From Candidatus Anaeroferrophillus wilburensis (GTDB lineage Bacteria > Desulfobacterota > Anaeroferrophillalia > Anaeroferrophillales > Anaeroferrophillaceae), in NCBI GenBank assembly GCA_016934315.1, contig JAFGSY010000011.1, positions 493 to 64,492 of the forward strand: a stretch of DNA of 64,000 nt, in the 5' to 3' direction. Below, piece by piece: positions 51,091 to 60,949 of the stretch (the stretch's first letter is position 1; each line of letters begins with the position of its first letter). The notes under the pieces were generated by a model. That model searched no databases, was not told the origin of the DNA, and saw nothing but the letters and a program-made list of their open reading frames with translations. The translations under genes were made by a program, and so were the position numbers.

Positions 51091-52065
51091 ATGTGTAGGA
51101 ACGATGACATGAATGTTCAGGGACATGAAAATTGTTTTGCCTGCCGGCAGGGTTTTTGCCTGAATACCATCGCTGTGGTTGCCGGTGGATTGGATGCCTC
51201 TCTGCTGATGGAAAAGAGGCATGAGGGCTGGCTGGATATTCCCCATGGGGGGATCGGCATCAGTGCGCTTATTGATCTGGCTGATCTGGCATGGCTTCAG
51301 GAAACCGGCCGGAATCTGCCCTATCCCTGCTCTCTGTCCCTGAAGTTCGGCGATGTCTGTCGCCTAGGTGACCAACTACAGATGACCGCCCGAATGAACC
51401 ATGAACTGCGGCGGGTTGAGTTGCAGATGAAGCGGCAGGGAGAAGAGAAAAATTACCTTGCCGGTGCTGCAGAACCTGTTGCCGACGGTAATGACGACGC
51501 ATGTCTGCCCCTGCCGCCGGTTGCCGAGCTGGAGTCTGCAGGGATGCTCAGGGCCTTGTCTATCTATGAGAACTGTTTTATCTGCGGCAACCAGCGTCAG
51601 GCGCCGGGAATCGGGCGCCGGTTTTTCCAGGGGTCTTTCGCTGGCCAGGACTATATACTGGCCCGATATGGTTTTGCTGCCGCTGACGCTGCAGTTGCCC
51701 ACTGGTTTCAGCAGGGGCAGGAAATGCTCCACCCCGGTGTGATCGGCGCGGTGCTTGATGAGATCTGCGGCTGGTCGGGATTTATTGCCGGCGAACTGTT
51801 TGGGGTTACGGTTCGTTTAGACCTTACTTTTCAGCGTCCCGTGGGAGTGGCTGAAAAGCTGATTTTTGCCTCCCCGACGCCCCGAGTCAAAGGCCGCAGC
51901 AGCAGGCAGGTCTACTATGCCACCGGCCAGGTTCTATCACTGGACAATGATGGTGGTTATGAACTAGTGGCTGCCGCCAGCGGCCAGTGGCTGGTGGTAC
52001 CCCGGTTGCGCCAGCAATTCTATGACACCCGGGTGGAGGAAAAACTGGACCAGGTCAGCTTTTGA
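51091..52065 (+). CDS. hypothetical protein, possible tandem hotdog-fold domains
   Basis: Two PaaI-like HGG...D segments. Uncertain. Confidence 0.4.
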   Translation: MCRNDDMNVQGHENCFACRQGFCLNTIAVVAGGLDASLLMEKRHEGWLDIPHGGIGISALIDLADLAWLQETGRNLPYPCSLSLKFGDVCRLGDQLQMTARMNHELRRVELQMKRQGEEKNYLAGAAEPVADGNDDACLPLPPVAELESAGMLRALSIYENCFICGNQRQAPGIGRRFFQGSFAGQDYILARYGFAAADAAVAHWFQQGQEMLHPGVIGAVLDEICGWSGFIAGELFGVTVRLDLTFQRPVGVAEKLIFASPTPRVKGRSSRQVYYATGQVLSLDNDGGYELVAAASGQWLVVPRLRQQFYDTRVEEKLDQVSF

Positions 52066-52107
52066 TGGACTTTGCGGCTACGTCAGGATGACCCATGAAG
52101 CCGGGAA

Positions 52108-53055
52108 TTGTCATCGTGGGAGTATTATTGCCAAGTGATGCAGCAAGTTTGTGAGGATCTTTTTTTTATTGAGCGGGGATATCTCAATGGCAACCATTTT
52201 GTCTATCGTGGTGCGGCCCCGCTGCTCATTGATAGCGGTTATTTGGGTGATGTCGAACGGACCCTGCAGCTGATTGGTAAACTGGGGGTTGATCCCATGA
52301 AGGTTGGCCTTATTGTCTCAACCCATTGCCATTGTGATCATATTGGGGCTCATAAGCGGATTCAGCAACTGTCTGGGTGTGATATTGCCCTCCATGAGGT
52401 GGGCAAGGCATGGGTTGATGCCGGGGACAACCTGGCCACCTGGTCAGGCTACTATCACCAGGAGGCCGAGTTTTTCCATGCCACCCATTCTCTGGCTGAT
52501 GGCGACCCGGTGACTGTCGGGCCGCATGAATTTCAGGTAATTCATGTGCCGGGCCATTCCGCTGACGGCATTGCCCTCTACAACCGGCGGGAAAAGATTT
52601 TGATTTCATCGGATATCCTGTGGGAGTATGGTCAGGCTGTCCTTACCGAACGGTTGGAGGGTAGCCATGCCTTGAAGGACTGGCAGGAGTCGTTGGAAAG
52701 ACTGGCTCTGCTGGAGGTGAAGAAAGTGTACCCCGGGCACGGGAAGCCTTTCGCCGATTTCACCGGCGCTATTGCCAGGGCACAAAGAAATCTGGCCCAT
52801 TATGAAAAACAGCGTTCAGCCATCGGTGCTGATCTGCTGAAGAAGATAACCGTCTATACGTTATTGATGCACAAATCATTTCCGTCAGATCGTTTTTTTG
52901 ATCACCTGCTGGCAAGCCGGTGGTTTGCCGAAACAGTAGATGCCTATGAACTGGGCGACTATAAGAGCGCCTACGGGGAAACCATGACCAGTCTGCAGAA
53001 ACGGGGGACGATTTATTTGGAAGGTGGCTGCTGGCTGACCTCGGTTGTTCCTTGA
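52108..53055 (+). CDS. MBL-fold metallo-hydrolase
   Basis: THCHCDHIG motif plus downstream His/Asp ligands. Confidence 0.75.
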   Translation: MSSWEYYCQVMQQVCEDLFFIERGYLNGNHFVYRGAAPLLIDSGYLGDVERTLQLIGKLGVDPMKVGLIVSTHCHCDHIGAHKRIQQLSGCDIALHEVGKAWVDAGDNLATWSGYYHQEAEFFHATHSLADGDPVTVGPHEFQVIHVPGHSADGIALYNRREKILISSDILWEYGQAVLTERLEGSHALKDWQESLERLALLEVKKVYPGHGKPFADFTGAIARAQRNLAHYEKQRSAIGADLLKKITVYTLLMHKSFPSDRFFDHLLASRWFAETVDAYELGDYKSAYGETMTSLQKRGTIYLEGGCWLTSVVP

Positions 53056-53117
53056 GCAGTTGCCTTGATCAGCAAATGTGCTGATCAAGGCAGCATTCAC
53101 AAAGCCGGCATTGTTCC

Positions 53118-53693
53118 TTGGCAGTTGTACACGGTTTTTTTTATGTCAGTGTGCGTATGCAGTCAAACAAAAACAATGTCGTTATCTTGTCACATTTTTT
53201 AGCAGAGATTTTGATGATGACCGATGAACCTGTAGACGAGGGCGGCCGGTCGACCGGTCCCCATCAACTGGAGATGCCGGGGTGGATTAGCTGTGCCCCC
53301 TTTGAAGAGTTGCTGGCCATGACCATTGTCGAAGCAGCCAATGGCGAGGCCGTGCTGACAATGCCTTTCTATCGACAATTTGCCCAAGGTGCCGGCTTGC
53401 TCCATGGCGGAGCCCTGGTGAGCCTGGCAGATACGGCAGTGGTCATGGCGATCAAAAGCATTGTGCCGCCCAAAAGCCACTTCGCTACCATTTCGCTGCA
53501 GACCAGGTTTCTCTATCCGGTCAAACAGGGAGTGGTGACCGCGAAAGCCAAGGTCCTCAAGTCTGAGGATCGGCTGCTGCATGGAGAGGCAACGGTGCTC
53601 AACGATGAGGGGCGGCCGGTGCTGGAGTTTGCTTCGGTATTCAAGCTGGCCCGCCGCACCCAGGTGGAGGGAGTTTCCTTTGCTGATCAGTAA
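53118..53693 (+). CDS. PaaI-family hotdog thioesterase (start possibly ~53214)
   Basis: LLHGGALVSLADTA motif. Confidence 0.7.
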   Translation: MAVVHGFFYVSVRMQSNKNNVVILSHFLAEILMMTDEPVDEGGRSTGPHQLEMPGWISCAPFEELLAMTIVEAANGEAVLTMPFYRQFAQGAGLLHGGALVSLADTAVVMAIKSIVPPKSHFATISLQTRFLYPVKQGVVTAKAKVLKSEDRLLHGEATVLNDEGRPVLEFASVFKLARRTQVEGVSFADQ

Positions 53694-53764
53694 AATAATG
53701 GTGCGGATCAGCTGCCGCCTGGCGGCCAGGGCGGCGGCTCCCGGCTCTGTCTGTCTGGCGATGA

Positions 53765-55618
53765 TTGAGAGGCATGATGGGCTATAAAAACCTGCGCGAA
53801 TGCATCCTGGATCTGGAAACTGCCGGCCAGCTTATCCGGATCAGCAACGAGGTTGATCCCTATCTGGAAGTGGGCGCCATCCAGCGGCGGGTATGCCAGG
53901 CTGGCGGGCCGGCGCTGTTTTTCAGCCGGGTCAAAGGCTGCCGTTTTCCCCTGGTTGGCAACCTGTTCGGTACTTTGGAAAGAACCCGGTTCATGTTCCG
54001 TGATACCCTGCGGGATATTGAGCGGCTGGTGAACTTAAAAACGGCACCCGGGAAGCTGCTCAAAGATCCCGGCTGTCTGTTGTCATTGCCCCGGGCAGCT
54101 TGGCATCTGTGGCCCCGAAAGGTTGCCCGCGGCCCCATCCTGAACCATCGGACGACCGTCGACGCCTTGCCCTGGATTCAATCCTGGCCCGGTGACGGCG
54201 GTCCTTTTATTACCCTGCCATTGGTATATTCCGAAAGCCCCGGCAACCCCGGCTGGCAGCACGGCAACCTGGGAATGTACCGGGTGCAGCTGGCCGGCGG
54301 CCGCTATGAGCCAAATCGCGAAGTGGGACTTCATTACCAGCTCCATCGGGGCATCGGCGTTCACCATGCCGAGGCCCTGGAGCGCCGGCAGCCGCTGAGG
54401 GTCAATGTTTTTGTCGGCGGTCCGCCGGCCCTGATGGTGGCTGCCGTTATGCCGCTGCCGGAAGGGATGCCGGAGCTGGCGTTTGCCGGCTTGCTGGGCG
54501 GCCGTCAGATGACCATGGTAGGTCGTCACGGCCAGCTGCCGATGCCGGCGGAAATCGATTTCTGTCTACAGGGAACCGTGAAACCGGGAAAAACGCTGCC
54601 GGAAGGTCCTTTTGGCGATCATCTTGGTTATTACAGCCTGGCCCATGATTTTCCCGTCCTGGACATTGAACGGGTCTGGCATCGGGATGGTGCAATCTGG
54701 CCTTTTACCACCGTTGGCCGGCCGCCCCAGGAAGATACCAGTTTTGGGGCCTTTATTCACCAGCTGACTGGTGAATTGATTGCTGATGTGTTGCCGGGTG
54801 TCAAGGCGGTGAATGCTGTCGATGCTGCCGGGGTCCATCCGTTGCTGTTGGCAATCGGCAGTGAACGCTATGTTCCTTATGCCGATGAGCGCCAGCCCCG
54901 GGAGCTGCTGACCCAGGCTAATGCCATCCTCGGTCAGGGCCAGCTGTCGTTGGCCAAGTATCTGCTTATTGTTGCCGGTCAGGATAATCCGGGGCTGGAT
55001 ATTGATGATATCCCGGCATTTTTCTCCCATTTGCTGGCCCGGGTTGACTGGCGCCGTGATCTCCATTTCCAGACCAGGACAACTATTGACACTCTTGATT
55101 ATTCCGGCAGCGGTTTGCACGAGGGGTCAAAAGTGGTCGTAGCTGCGGCTGGTCCCTGTCGGCGGGAGCTGGCGGTTGAGATTCCGACAGATATTTCCTT
55201 GCCGTCCGGTTTCACCGATCCCCGTATCTGTCTCCCTGGTGTCATGGCTGTTCGGGGTCCGGCATGCACATCATCGTTGCCGGCGAATCAGGACGGAGAT
55301 ATGCTCCGCTTCTGCCAGGGTAATGACTCTCTGGTCTATGATTTTCTGCCCCTCATCGTGGTGGTTGATGACAGCGAATTTGTTTCCCGGAGCCTCAGTA
55401 ATTTCCTCTGGGTTACCTTCACCCGCTCCGACCCGGCCAGCGACATCTATGGTATTGATGCGGTGATTGAGGCCAAACATTGGGGCTGTGGTGGGCCGCT
55501 GATTATTGATGCCCGGCAGAAGCCCCACCATGCACCGCCACTGCTGGATGACCCGGCAGTTGAGAAGCGGGTGGATGACCTTGGAGCTGCTGGCGGTCCC
55601 CTGCATGGTATTATCTAA
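53765..55618 (+). CDS. UbiD-family (prFMN-dependent) decarboxylase
   Basis: About 615 aa with UbiD N-terminal, central and C-terminal regions. No ubiX gene is adjacent. Confidence 0.7.
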   Translation: MRGMMGYKNLRECILDLETAGQLIRISNEVDPYLEVGAIQRRVCQAGGPALFFSRVKGCRFPLVGNLFGTLERTRFMFRDTLRDIERLVNLKTAPGKLLKDPGCLLSLPRAAWHLWPRKVARGPILNHRTTVDALPWIQSWPGDGGPFITLPLVYSESPGNPGWQHGNLGMYRVQLAGGRYEPNREVGLHYQLHRGIGVHHAEALERRQPLRVNVFVGGPPALMVAAVMPLPEGMPELAFAGLLGGRQMTMVGRHGQLPMPAEIDFCLQGTVKPGKTLPEGPFGDHLGYYSLAHDFPVLDIERVWHRDGAIWPFTTVGRPPQEDTSFGAFIHQLTGELIADVLPGVKAVNAVDAAGVHPLLLAIGSERYVPYADERQPRELLTQANAILGQGQLSLAKYLLIVAGQDNPGLDIDDIPAFFSHLLARVDWRRDLHFQTRTTIDTLDYSGSGLHEGSKVVVAAAGPCRRELAVEIPTDISLPSGFTDPRICLPGVMAVRGPACTSSLPANQDGDMLRFCQGNDSLVYDFLPLIVVVDDSEFVSRSLSNFLWVTFTRSDPASDIYGIDAVIEAKHWGCGGPLIIDARQKPHHAPPLLDDPAVEKRVDDLGAAGGPLHGII

Positions 55619-55667
55619 TGTTAACTGGAAGTTTAGTTGTCCCGGTTGTTCTGGCGGGTGACGGTCA

Positions 55668-56162
55668 ATGGAGGCTATGATGCAGGGAAAAACCGCGCGG
55701 GAAAGCAGTGTTACCATTGCTCATGTGATGTTGCCTGTGGATGCCAATCCAGCGGGCAACGTCCATGGCGGGGTGATCATGAAGCTGATTGACACGACGG
55801 CCGGGGTGGTTGCCACCCGCCATGCACGCCGGAATGTGGTTACCGCTTCCATCGACCGGCTTGACTTTCACTATCCAGCGTATATCGGCAACCTGGTATT
55901 TTTTAAAGCCAGCCTAAACCTGACCGGCCGGTCGTCAATGGAGATCGGAGTGCGGGTGGAAAGGGAAGATCTGCTGACCGGTCAGACGAGCCATATAGCC
56001 TCATCCTATCTTACCTTTGTGGCCCTGGACAGCAATGGCAGAGCAGTGGAGGTTCCGCCGCTTATTCTGGAGACTGGAGACGAAAAACGTCGTTATCAGG
56101 AGGCAATGGAACGTTCCCGCTACCGCCAGCAGCAGCGTCAGGAGAAGCGCCGGCAGCAATGA
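55668..56162 (+). CDS. acyl-CoA thioesterase, YciA-like hotdog
   Basis: NVHGGVIMKLIDTTAG motif and a basic C-terminal tail. Confidence 0.7.
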   Translation: MEAMMQGKTARESSVTIAHVMLPVDANPAGNVHGGVIMKLIDTTAGVVATRHARRNVVTASIDRLDFHYPAYIGNLVFFKASLNLTGRSSMEIGVRVEREDLLTGQTSHIASSYLTFVALDSNGRAVEVPPLILETGDEKRRYQEAMERSRYRQQQRQEKRRQQ

Positions 56163-56217
56163 AATGAAGGGCAGTTTTTACGAAGGATTTCCCAACCAGG
56201 AATGATGAAACACGAGG

Positions 56218-57129
56218 TTGATAATGGTTCGTTCACTAGCGGAAATATTTGATCTGGCCCATCAATCAAAGCCGGTAAGAATTGCCATCATTGCTCCTGA
56301 AGACCAGGAGTTTATGCAGGCGATCAAACTGGCCAGCGACCAGTCGTTGATTGAACCGGTGCTCATCGGCAATCCCGTACTGATTGCCCGGGCGGCGGAA
56401 AAGGCCGGTCTGGCCTGTGATGCCCAGGAAATTATCGAGATCAAAGACCGGCAGGAAGTAGCTGACCGGGCGCTGGCCATGCTCTATGATGGTGATGTCC
56501 GGATGGTCAGCAAGGGACAGATTCCCACCAGCTTTATTTATCGCTCAATTATCCGTAAAAAAAAGCAGTATGGCGAGGGTTCCATCGTCAGCGTGATTAC
56601 CGTCTGGGACTTGGAACAATGCAACCATCTGGTGCTGCTTACCGATGCCGGGGCCAACATTTCTCCCAATGAGCAGCAGAAACTGGAAATTGTTGACAAT
56701 GCCGTCAAGGCTGCCCAAGTCCTTGGCTGTTCCAATCCCCGGGTAACCGAGCTGATTTCCGACCCCTCCAATCTGCACCTCAAAAGTGACATTGGACAGG
56801 GATTGAAAACCCCCTCCATCAGGGATCATCGGGGGCGCTATCATCTTACCGATGCAACCTCATTGAAAGAGGTGGTGACGGCCAGCCATGACGGCAGGCT
56901 TGACCTTGACCGGCTGCCCCATATTCTCCTCCTTCCCGACCTGAATACCGGCAACGTGGTGGTCAAACTGGATTTTTTCATCAAAGGCATTGTCCGGGTT
57001 TCCTACAGTCATACCGATCGTGGGCCGGTTCTGCTGCCCTCCAGGGCTGATGGTGCTGATTCCATTTTGCGTGAATTAACCTTCGGGGTAGGCCTGGTGG
57101 CGCTGCAGGAAAGGAGGAACAATGGCTGA
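56218..57129 (+). CDS. phosphate acetyl/butyryltransferase family protein (PTA_PTB)
   Basis: About 300 aa with the PTA/PTB fold pattern. Confidence 0.65.
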   Translation: MIMVRSLAEIFDLAHQSKPVRIAIIAPEDQEFMQAIKLASDQSLIEPVLIGNPVLIARAAEKAGLACDAQEIIEIKDRQEVADRALAMLYDGDVRMVSKGQIPTSFIYRSIIRKKKQYGEGSIVSVITVWDLEQCNHLVLLTDAGANISPNEQQKLEIVDNAVKAAQVLGCSNPRVTELISDPSNLHLKSDIGQGLKTPSIRDHRGRYHLTDATSLKEVVTASHDGRLDLDRLPHILLLPDLNTGNVVVKLDFFIKGIVRVSYSHTDRGPVLLPSRADGADSILRELTFGVGLVALQERRNNG

Positions 57130-58000
57130 AGAGCTTTATCCGGAAATTTTTTCCGCAGCGGCAAAAGCAAAACCCAAAAGGTGCGCGGTGGCCCTGGTTG
57201 AAACCGAAGAACAGGTGGGCCCCTTTGTCCATGCTGAACGTCGAGGGTTGATCAGGCCGGTATTCGTCGGCCGTAAGAAATATGACGGGATGACAACCTT
57301 TATCCGTTCCAAAAGCCTCCATGAGACGATGGCCATGTGCAGTGCCATGCTGGCCGCGGGGGAAGTGGAGATGATTTTCCAGGGCAATGAAAATCGCAAG
57401 CAGTTCCTGTCCTATTTTTTAGAGAACGAGGGGTTGGATAGCGGTTCCACCTATGGAGCGGTTTTTTATGACCGGGAGCGGCGAAAAACATTTTTTGTTA
57501 TTGATCCGCTGGTGGCGGTCAAGCCTGTGTTGGAGCAGAAGGTCAGCCAGGTCAATGCCCTGGCCGGGCTACTTACTTCTCTGCTGCCCCGGCGCAGGAT
57601 TTACGGTGCCGCCCTGGCTCCCATTGAAACCATCAACCCTAAAATACCTTCTACTGTTATTGCTGCAGTGTTAGCCCAGATGAGCACCCGGCAGCAGTTT
57701 GGCCGGCGGCTGGCCATTCATGGGCCGCTGGATGTTGATTGCGCCCTCAGCAAAACGGCTGCCATCCGCAAGGGGGTCTTTTCTGAACAATCCGGTAACT
57801 ATGATTTCTATGTGCTGCCGGATACCAACAGCGCTTATTTTTTTTCAACATTCCTTAAATATATCGGCCAGGTGCCGACCATTGGCGTTTTGCTCCATGG
57901 CGACAATGCCATTGTGCTCAACTCCGGCCCCCTGTGCCAGAAACAGCGGCTGGCAGAAATTGCTCTGGCGGTGGTGGCCCGGGAGGGGAGAAAAGGATGA
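57122..58000 (+). CDS. phosphate acetyl/butyryltransferase family protein (PTA_PTB), second paralogue
   Basis: Overlaps the previous gene by 8 nt. Its stop overlaps the buk start (ATGA). Confidence 0.6.
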   Translation: MAEELYPEIFSAAAKAKPKRCAVALVETEEQVGPFVHAERRGLIRPVFVGRKKYDGMTTFIRSKSLHETMAMCSAMLAAGEVEMIFQGNENRKQFLSYFLENEGLDSGSTYGAVFYDRERRKTFFVIDPLVAVKPVLEQKVSQVNALAGLLTSLLPRRRIYGAALAPIETINPKIPSTVIAAVLAQMSTRQQFGRRLAIHGPLDVDCALSKTAAIRKGVFSEQSGNYDFYVLPDTNSAYFFSTFLKYIGQVPTIGVLLHGDNAIVLNSGPLCQKQRLAEIALAVVAREGRKG

Positions 58001-59067
58001 TTCTGGCGCTCAATGTAGGTTCCACATCGGTAAAGATCGCCCTTGCAGCAGCGGACAAGGTTTTGTGCCAGGAAAGTTTTCCCCTGGCCATCGCTGACCG
58101 GGAGACCCTTTTTCACCAGGATTGTTTTGCTGTCGAGGTGGACCGGCTTGAAGAAGCCGTCTGCCGGTTCCTTTCCAGTTGCGGCCGGTTTTTGGAAGAG
58201 GTTGCCATTGTTGTCAGTCGTGGTGGCTTGCAGCGGCCCGGAGATGCCGGCAGTTACCTCATTACGGAGCCGATGCTTGATGATCTGCGTCGGGGAACGT
58301 ATGGCAAGCATCCCTCCTCCCTGGGGCCGGTGCTGGCTGCCCGCCTGGCCCTCCGAGCCGGTTGTTTGGCTGTTGCTGTTGATCCGCCGTCTACTGATGA
58401 ATTTATTGCCCTGGCCCGCCCCTCCGGACTTCCCGACCTGGAGCGGGTCAGCGCTTTCCATGCTCTCAGTCACAAGGCTGCCGGTCGTCAGGCAGCTGCA
58501 GCGTTGGGGAAGGAGTACGACCACTGTCGGCTGATAGTTGCCCATCTGGGCGGCGGGATAACCGTTGGCGCCCATTGTTTAGGAAAGGTCATTGATTGTA
58601 CCAATGGTCTCAGCGAGGGGCCTTTTTCCCCGGAACGGGCCGGCTCCCTGCCCACTATGGAACTTTTTGTCCTGGCTCTGGCCCATGCCGATTGCCGTGA
58701 ACGATTTGAAAAGCGGCTGGTGGGCGAGGGCGGCCTACAGGCTTATCTGGGAACCAAAGATGCTCTGGTGGTTGAACAGCGCATTGCCGATGGCGACAAT
58801 CAAGCAGCGCTGATTTACGAGACAATGGCCTACCAGATTGCCAAAGATATTGGTTCCATGGCCGCGGTTCTGGCGGGGCAGGTGGATGCTGTGGTGCTGA
58901 CCGGATCGCTGGCCAGATCGGCCATGCTGCTTGGCTGGCTCAGAAGCCGGATCGAATTCCTTGGGCCGCTTTTCATCTACCCCGGCGAATGTGAGATGAC
59001 AGCCCTGCTGGCTACCGCCGACCGTGTCCTTGCCGGTGAGGAAAAACTGCAATCCTATCCACCCTGA
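57997..59067 (+). CDS. buk: butyrate kinase-like (acetate/butyrate kinase family)
   Basis: ATG 57997 lies after GGGAGGGGAG. N-terminal ILALNVGSTSVKIAL phosphate-1 motif and the IVAHLGGGITVGAH motif. Confidence 0.75.
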   Translation: MILALNVGSTSVKIALAAADKVLCQESFPLAIADRETLFHQDCFAVEVDRLEEAVCRFLSSCGRFLEEVAIVVSRGGLQRPGDAGSYLITEPMLDDLRRGTYGKHPSSLGPVLAARLALRAGCLAVAVDPPSTDEFIALARPSGLPDLERVSAFHALSHKAAGRQAAAALGKEYDHCRLIVAHLGGGITVGAHCLGKVIDCTNGLSEGPFSPERAGSLPTMELFVLALAHADCRERFEKRLVGEGGLQAYLGTKDALVVEQRIADGDNQAALIYETMAYQIAKDIGSMAAVLAGQVDAVVLTGSLARSAMLLGWLRSRIEFLGPLFIYPGECEMTALLATADRVLAGEEKLQSYPP

Positions 59068-59080
59068 TCAGGGGGCGGGA

Positions 59081-59374
59081 ATGTCAACAGAGAGCGCCAG
59101 CATCCGGCAGCAGATAATTGAGCTGCTGACCGAAAAGCATCTCGGAGCCTGGGAACTGTCGCAGGACCTGGGGATCAGGGAAGCGGAGGTCTATCATCAT
59201 CTGGACCATGTCGCCCGCTCCCTGGCATCCCGGAACCGGCGGCTGGAGATGGTGCCGGCCAGCTGCTTGGCCTGCGGCTATCAGTTTATTAAACGCCGCC
59301 GCCATACGCCCCCCGGCCGCTGCCCACGCTGCAAAAGCTCCCATCTTTCACAACCGCGCTACCGTGTTCGCTGA
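59081..59374 (+). CDS. putative transcriptional regulator with C-terminal zinc-ribbon
   Basis: Start trimmed to ATG 59081. wHTH-like N-terminus and a C-terminal CxxC...CxxC. Confidence 0.45.
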   Translation: MSTESASIRQQIIELLTEKHLGAWELSQDLGIREAEVYHHLDHVARSLASRNRRLEMVPASCLACGYQFIKRRRHTPPGRCPRCKSSHLSQPRYRVR

Positions 59375-59445
59375 TCTTTTTTGTTTTTGCCCTTGACTTA
59401 TCCCTGTAATTCGCTAAGCTATACCGAAAATGGACCGTATGGGAT

Positions 59446-60027
59446 ATGATGAGCTCGTCTTTATCAATAGTACCAGTTTTTCGATTCTCTGATTTCCGGT
59501 ATCTGCTGACTGGCTTGGCAGTGTTTTTTTTATTTATGCTGTTGCCAGATACCGGGTTGGCAGTTGAGCCCCTGCAGGAATATCCGGTGCCGCCGCCGCC
59601 TTTCAGCGAGGGTATCTTTCCCTGCTCCGACTGTCACCGTGACCTTGAGGTCAATACTAAAAAGCGGCAGCTGGTTGATGAGCATCAGGATATCCGGCTG
59701 CACCATGCGGAGCAGGTGCGCTGGTGTCTTGACTGCCATGATGCCAACGACCGGGACCGGCTGCGGTTGACCTCGGGAGCAACCATCCCCTTCACCGAAT
59801 CCTATCTGCTCTGCGGTCAGTGTCATGGAACCATCTATCGAGACTGGCGGGCCGGTGTGCATGGCAAGCGGACCGGTTTTTGGCGCGGTCCCAAGCGCTA
59901 TCTGCTCTGTGCCCATTGCCATAATCCCCATGCACCGGCTTTTGTTCCCCTTGTTCCTGCACCACCGCCCCTGAAGCCGCGGCCCGGCAATGACCGGGTT
60001 CCTACCCATGAAAAGAGGCCCCATTGA
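59446..60027 (+). CDS. membrane-anchored tetraheme cytochrome c
   Basis: N-terminal hydrophobic helix and four CxxCH motifs (CSDCH, CLDCH, CGQCH, CAHCH). Confidence 0.85.
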   Translation: MMSSSLSIVPVFRFSDFRYLLTGLAVFFLFMLLPDTGLAVEPLQEYPVPPPPFSEGIFPCSDCHRDLEVNTKKRQLVDEHQDIRLHHAEQVRWCLDCHDANDRDRLRLTSGATIPFTESYLLCGQCHGTIYRDWRAGVHGKRTGFWRGPKRYLLCAHCHNPHAPAFVPLVPAPPPLKPRPGNDRVPTHEKRPH

Positions 60028-60947
60028 AGAATGATTCGGCAAAAAGCGTCGAGTTGGATAGGAACGACAGCGTAACGCGGCGGGATTTTCTCAAAAAATC
60101 GCTGGTTGGCGCCGGCCTGCTAACCCTGCCAGGGCTGCTGCCTGGCTGCACGTGGGAGGAGTTTTCCCAGAAGCACTTCAGTGAGTTGGCGCCAGCGGAG
60201 CTTGAACAGGTTCTGCGGCGGCTCAAAGATCAGTACCGCCGCTGCTATGGTCGTGAATTTCAGCTTTCCGCCACCGGCCCGCTGCCGGAAACCGCTTTTG
60301 CCTATGCTCTTGATCTGTCAAAGTGCATCGGCTGCCGCCGGTGCGTCTATGCCTGTGCCGAGGAAAACAACCTGTCTCGCAGCGATCCTCAGATTCATTG
60401 GATCAAGGTTCTGCGGTTTCCCAACGGTTCGATGAACCCTGAAGATGCAGAAAGGTATTATGCTCCCGACAAGGTTCCCGAAGAGGGATATTACTATATG
60501 CCGGTTCAGTGCCAGCAGTGCGCCAATCCCCCCTGTGTCAAGGCCTGTCCGGTACAAGCTACTTGGAAAGAGCCGGACGGTATGGTTGTGGTTGACTACA
60601 ACTGGTGCATCGGCTGCCGCTACTGTATGGCTGCCTGCCCCTACGATGCCCGCCATTTCAACTGGGCCGCGCCGACCCTGCCAATTAATGAAATTAATAC
60701 GCATACTCACTACCTGGGCAACCGTCCCCAGGAGAAAAATGTCGTTGGCAAATGCACCTTCTGCATCCAGCGGGTCCGGGAAGGACGCTACCCGGCCTGC
60801 GTCGAGGCATGTCCGGTAGGGGCGCGCAAATTCGGCAACCTGCTGGATCAGGACAGCGAGATTCGTTATATCCTGGAGCATAAACGGGTGTTTCGCTTCA
60901 AGGAAGAGCTGAACACGCAACCTAACTTCTACTACTATTTTTCCTGA
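60024..60947 (+). CDS. Tat-exported 4Fe-4S ferredoxin-type subunit (NrfC/PsrB-like)
   Basis: TTG start overlapping the upstream stop (ATTGA). Twin-arginine motif TRRDFLKK and four Cys clusters. Confidence 0.85.
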   Translation: MKNDSAKSVELDRNDSVTRRDFLKKSLVGAGLLTLPGLLPGCTWEEFSQKHFSELAPAELEQVLRRLKDQYRRCYGREFQLSATGPLPETAFAYALDLSKCIGCRRCVYACAEENNLSRSDPQIHWIKVLRFPNGSMNPEDAERYYAPDKVPEEGYYYMPVQCQQCANPPCVKACPVQATWKEPDGMVVVDYNWCIGCRYCMAACPYDARHFNWAAPTLPINEINTHTHYLGNRPQEKNVVGKCTFCIQRVREGRYPACVEACPVGARKFGNLLDQDSEIRYILEHKRVFRFKEELNTQPNFYYYFS

Positions 60948-60949
60948 CC

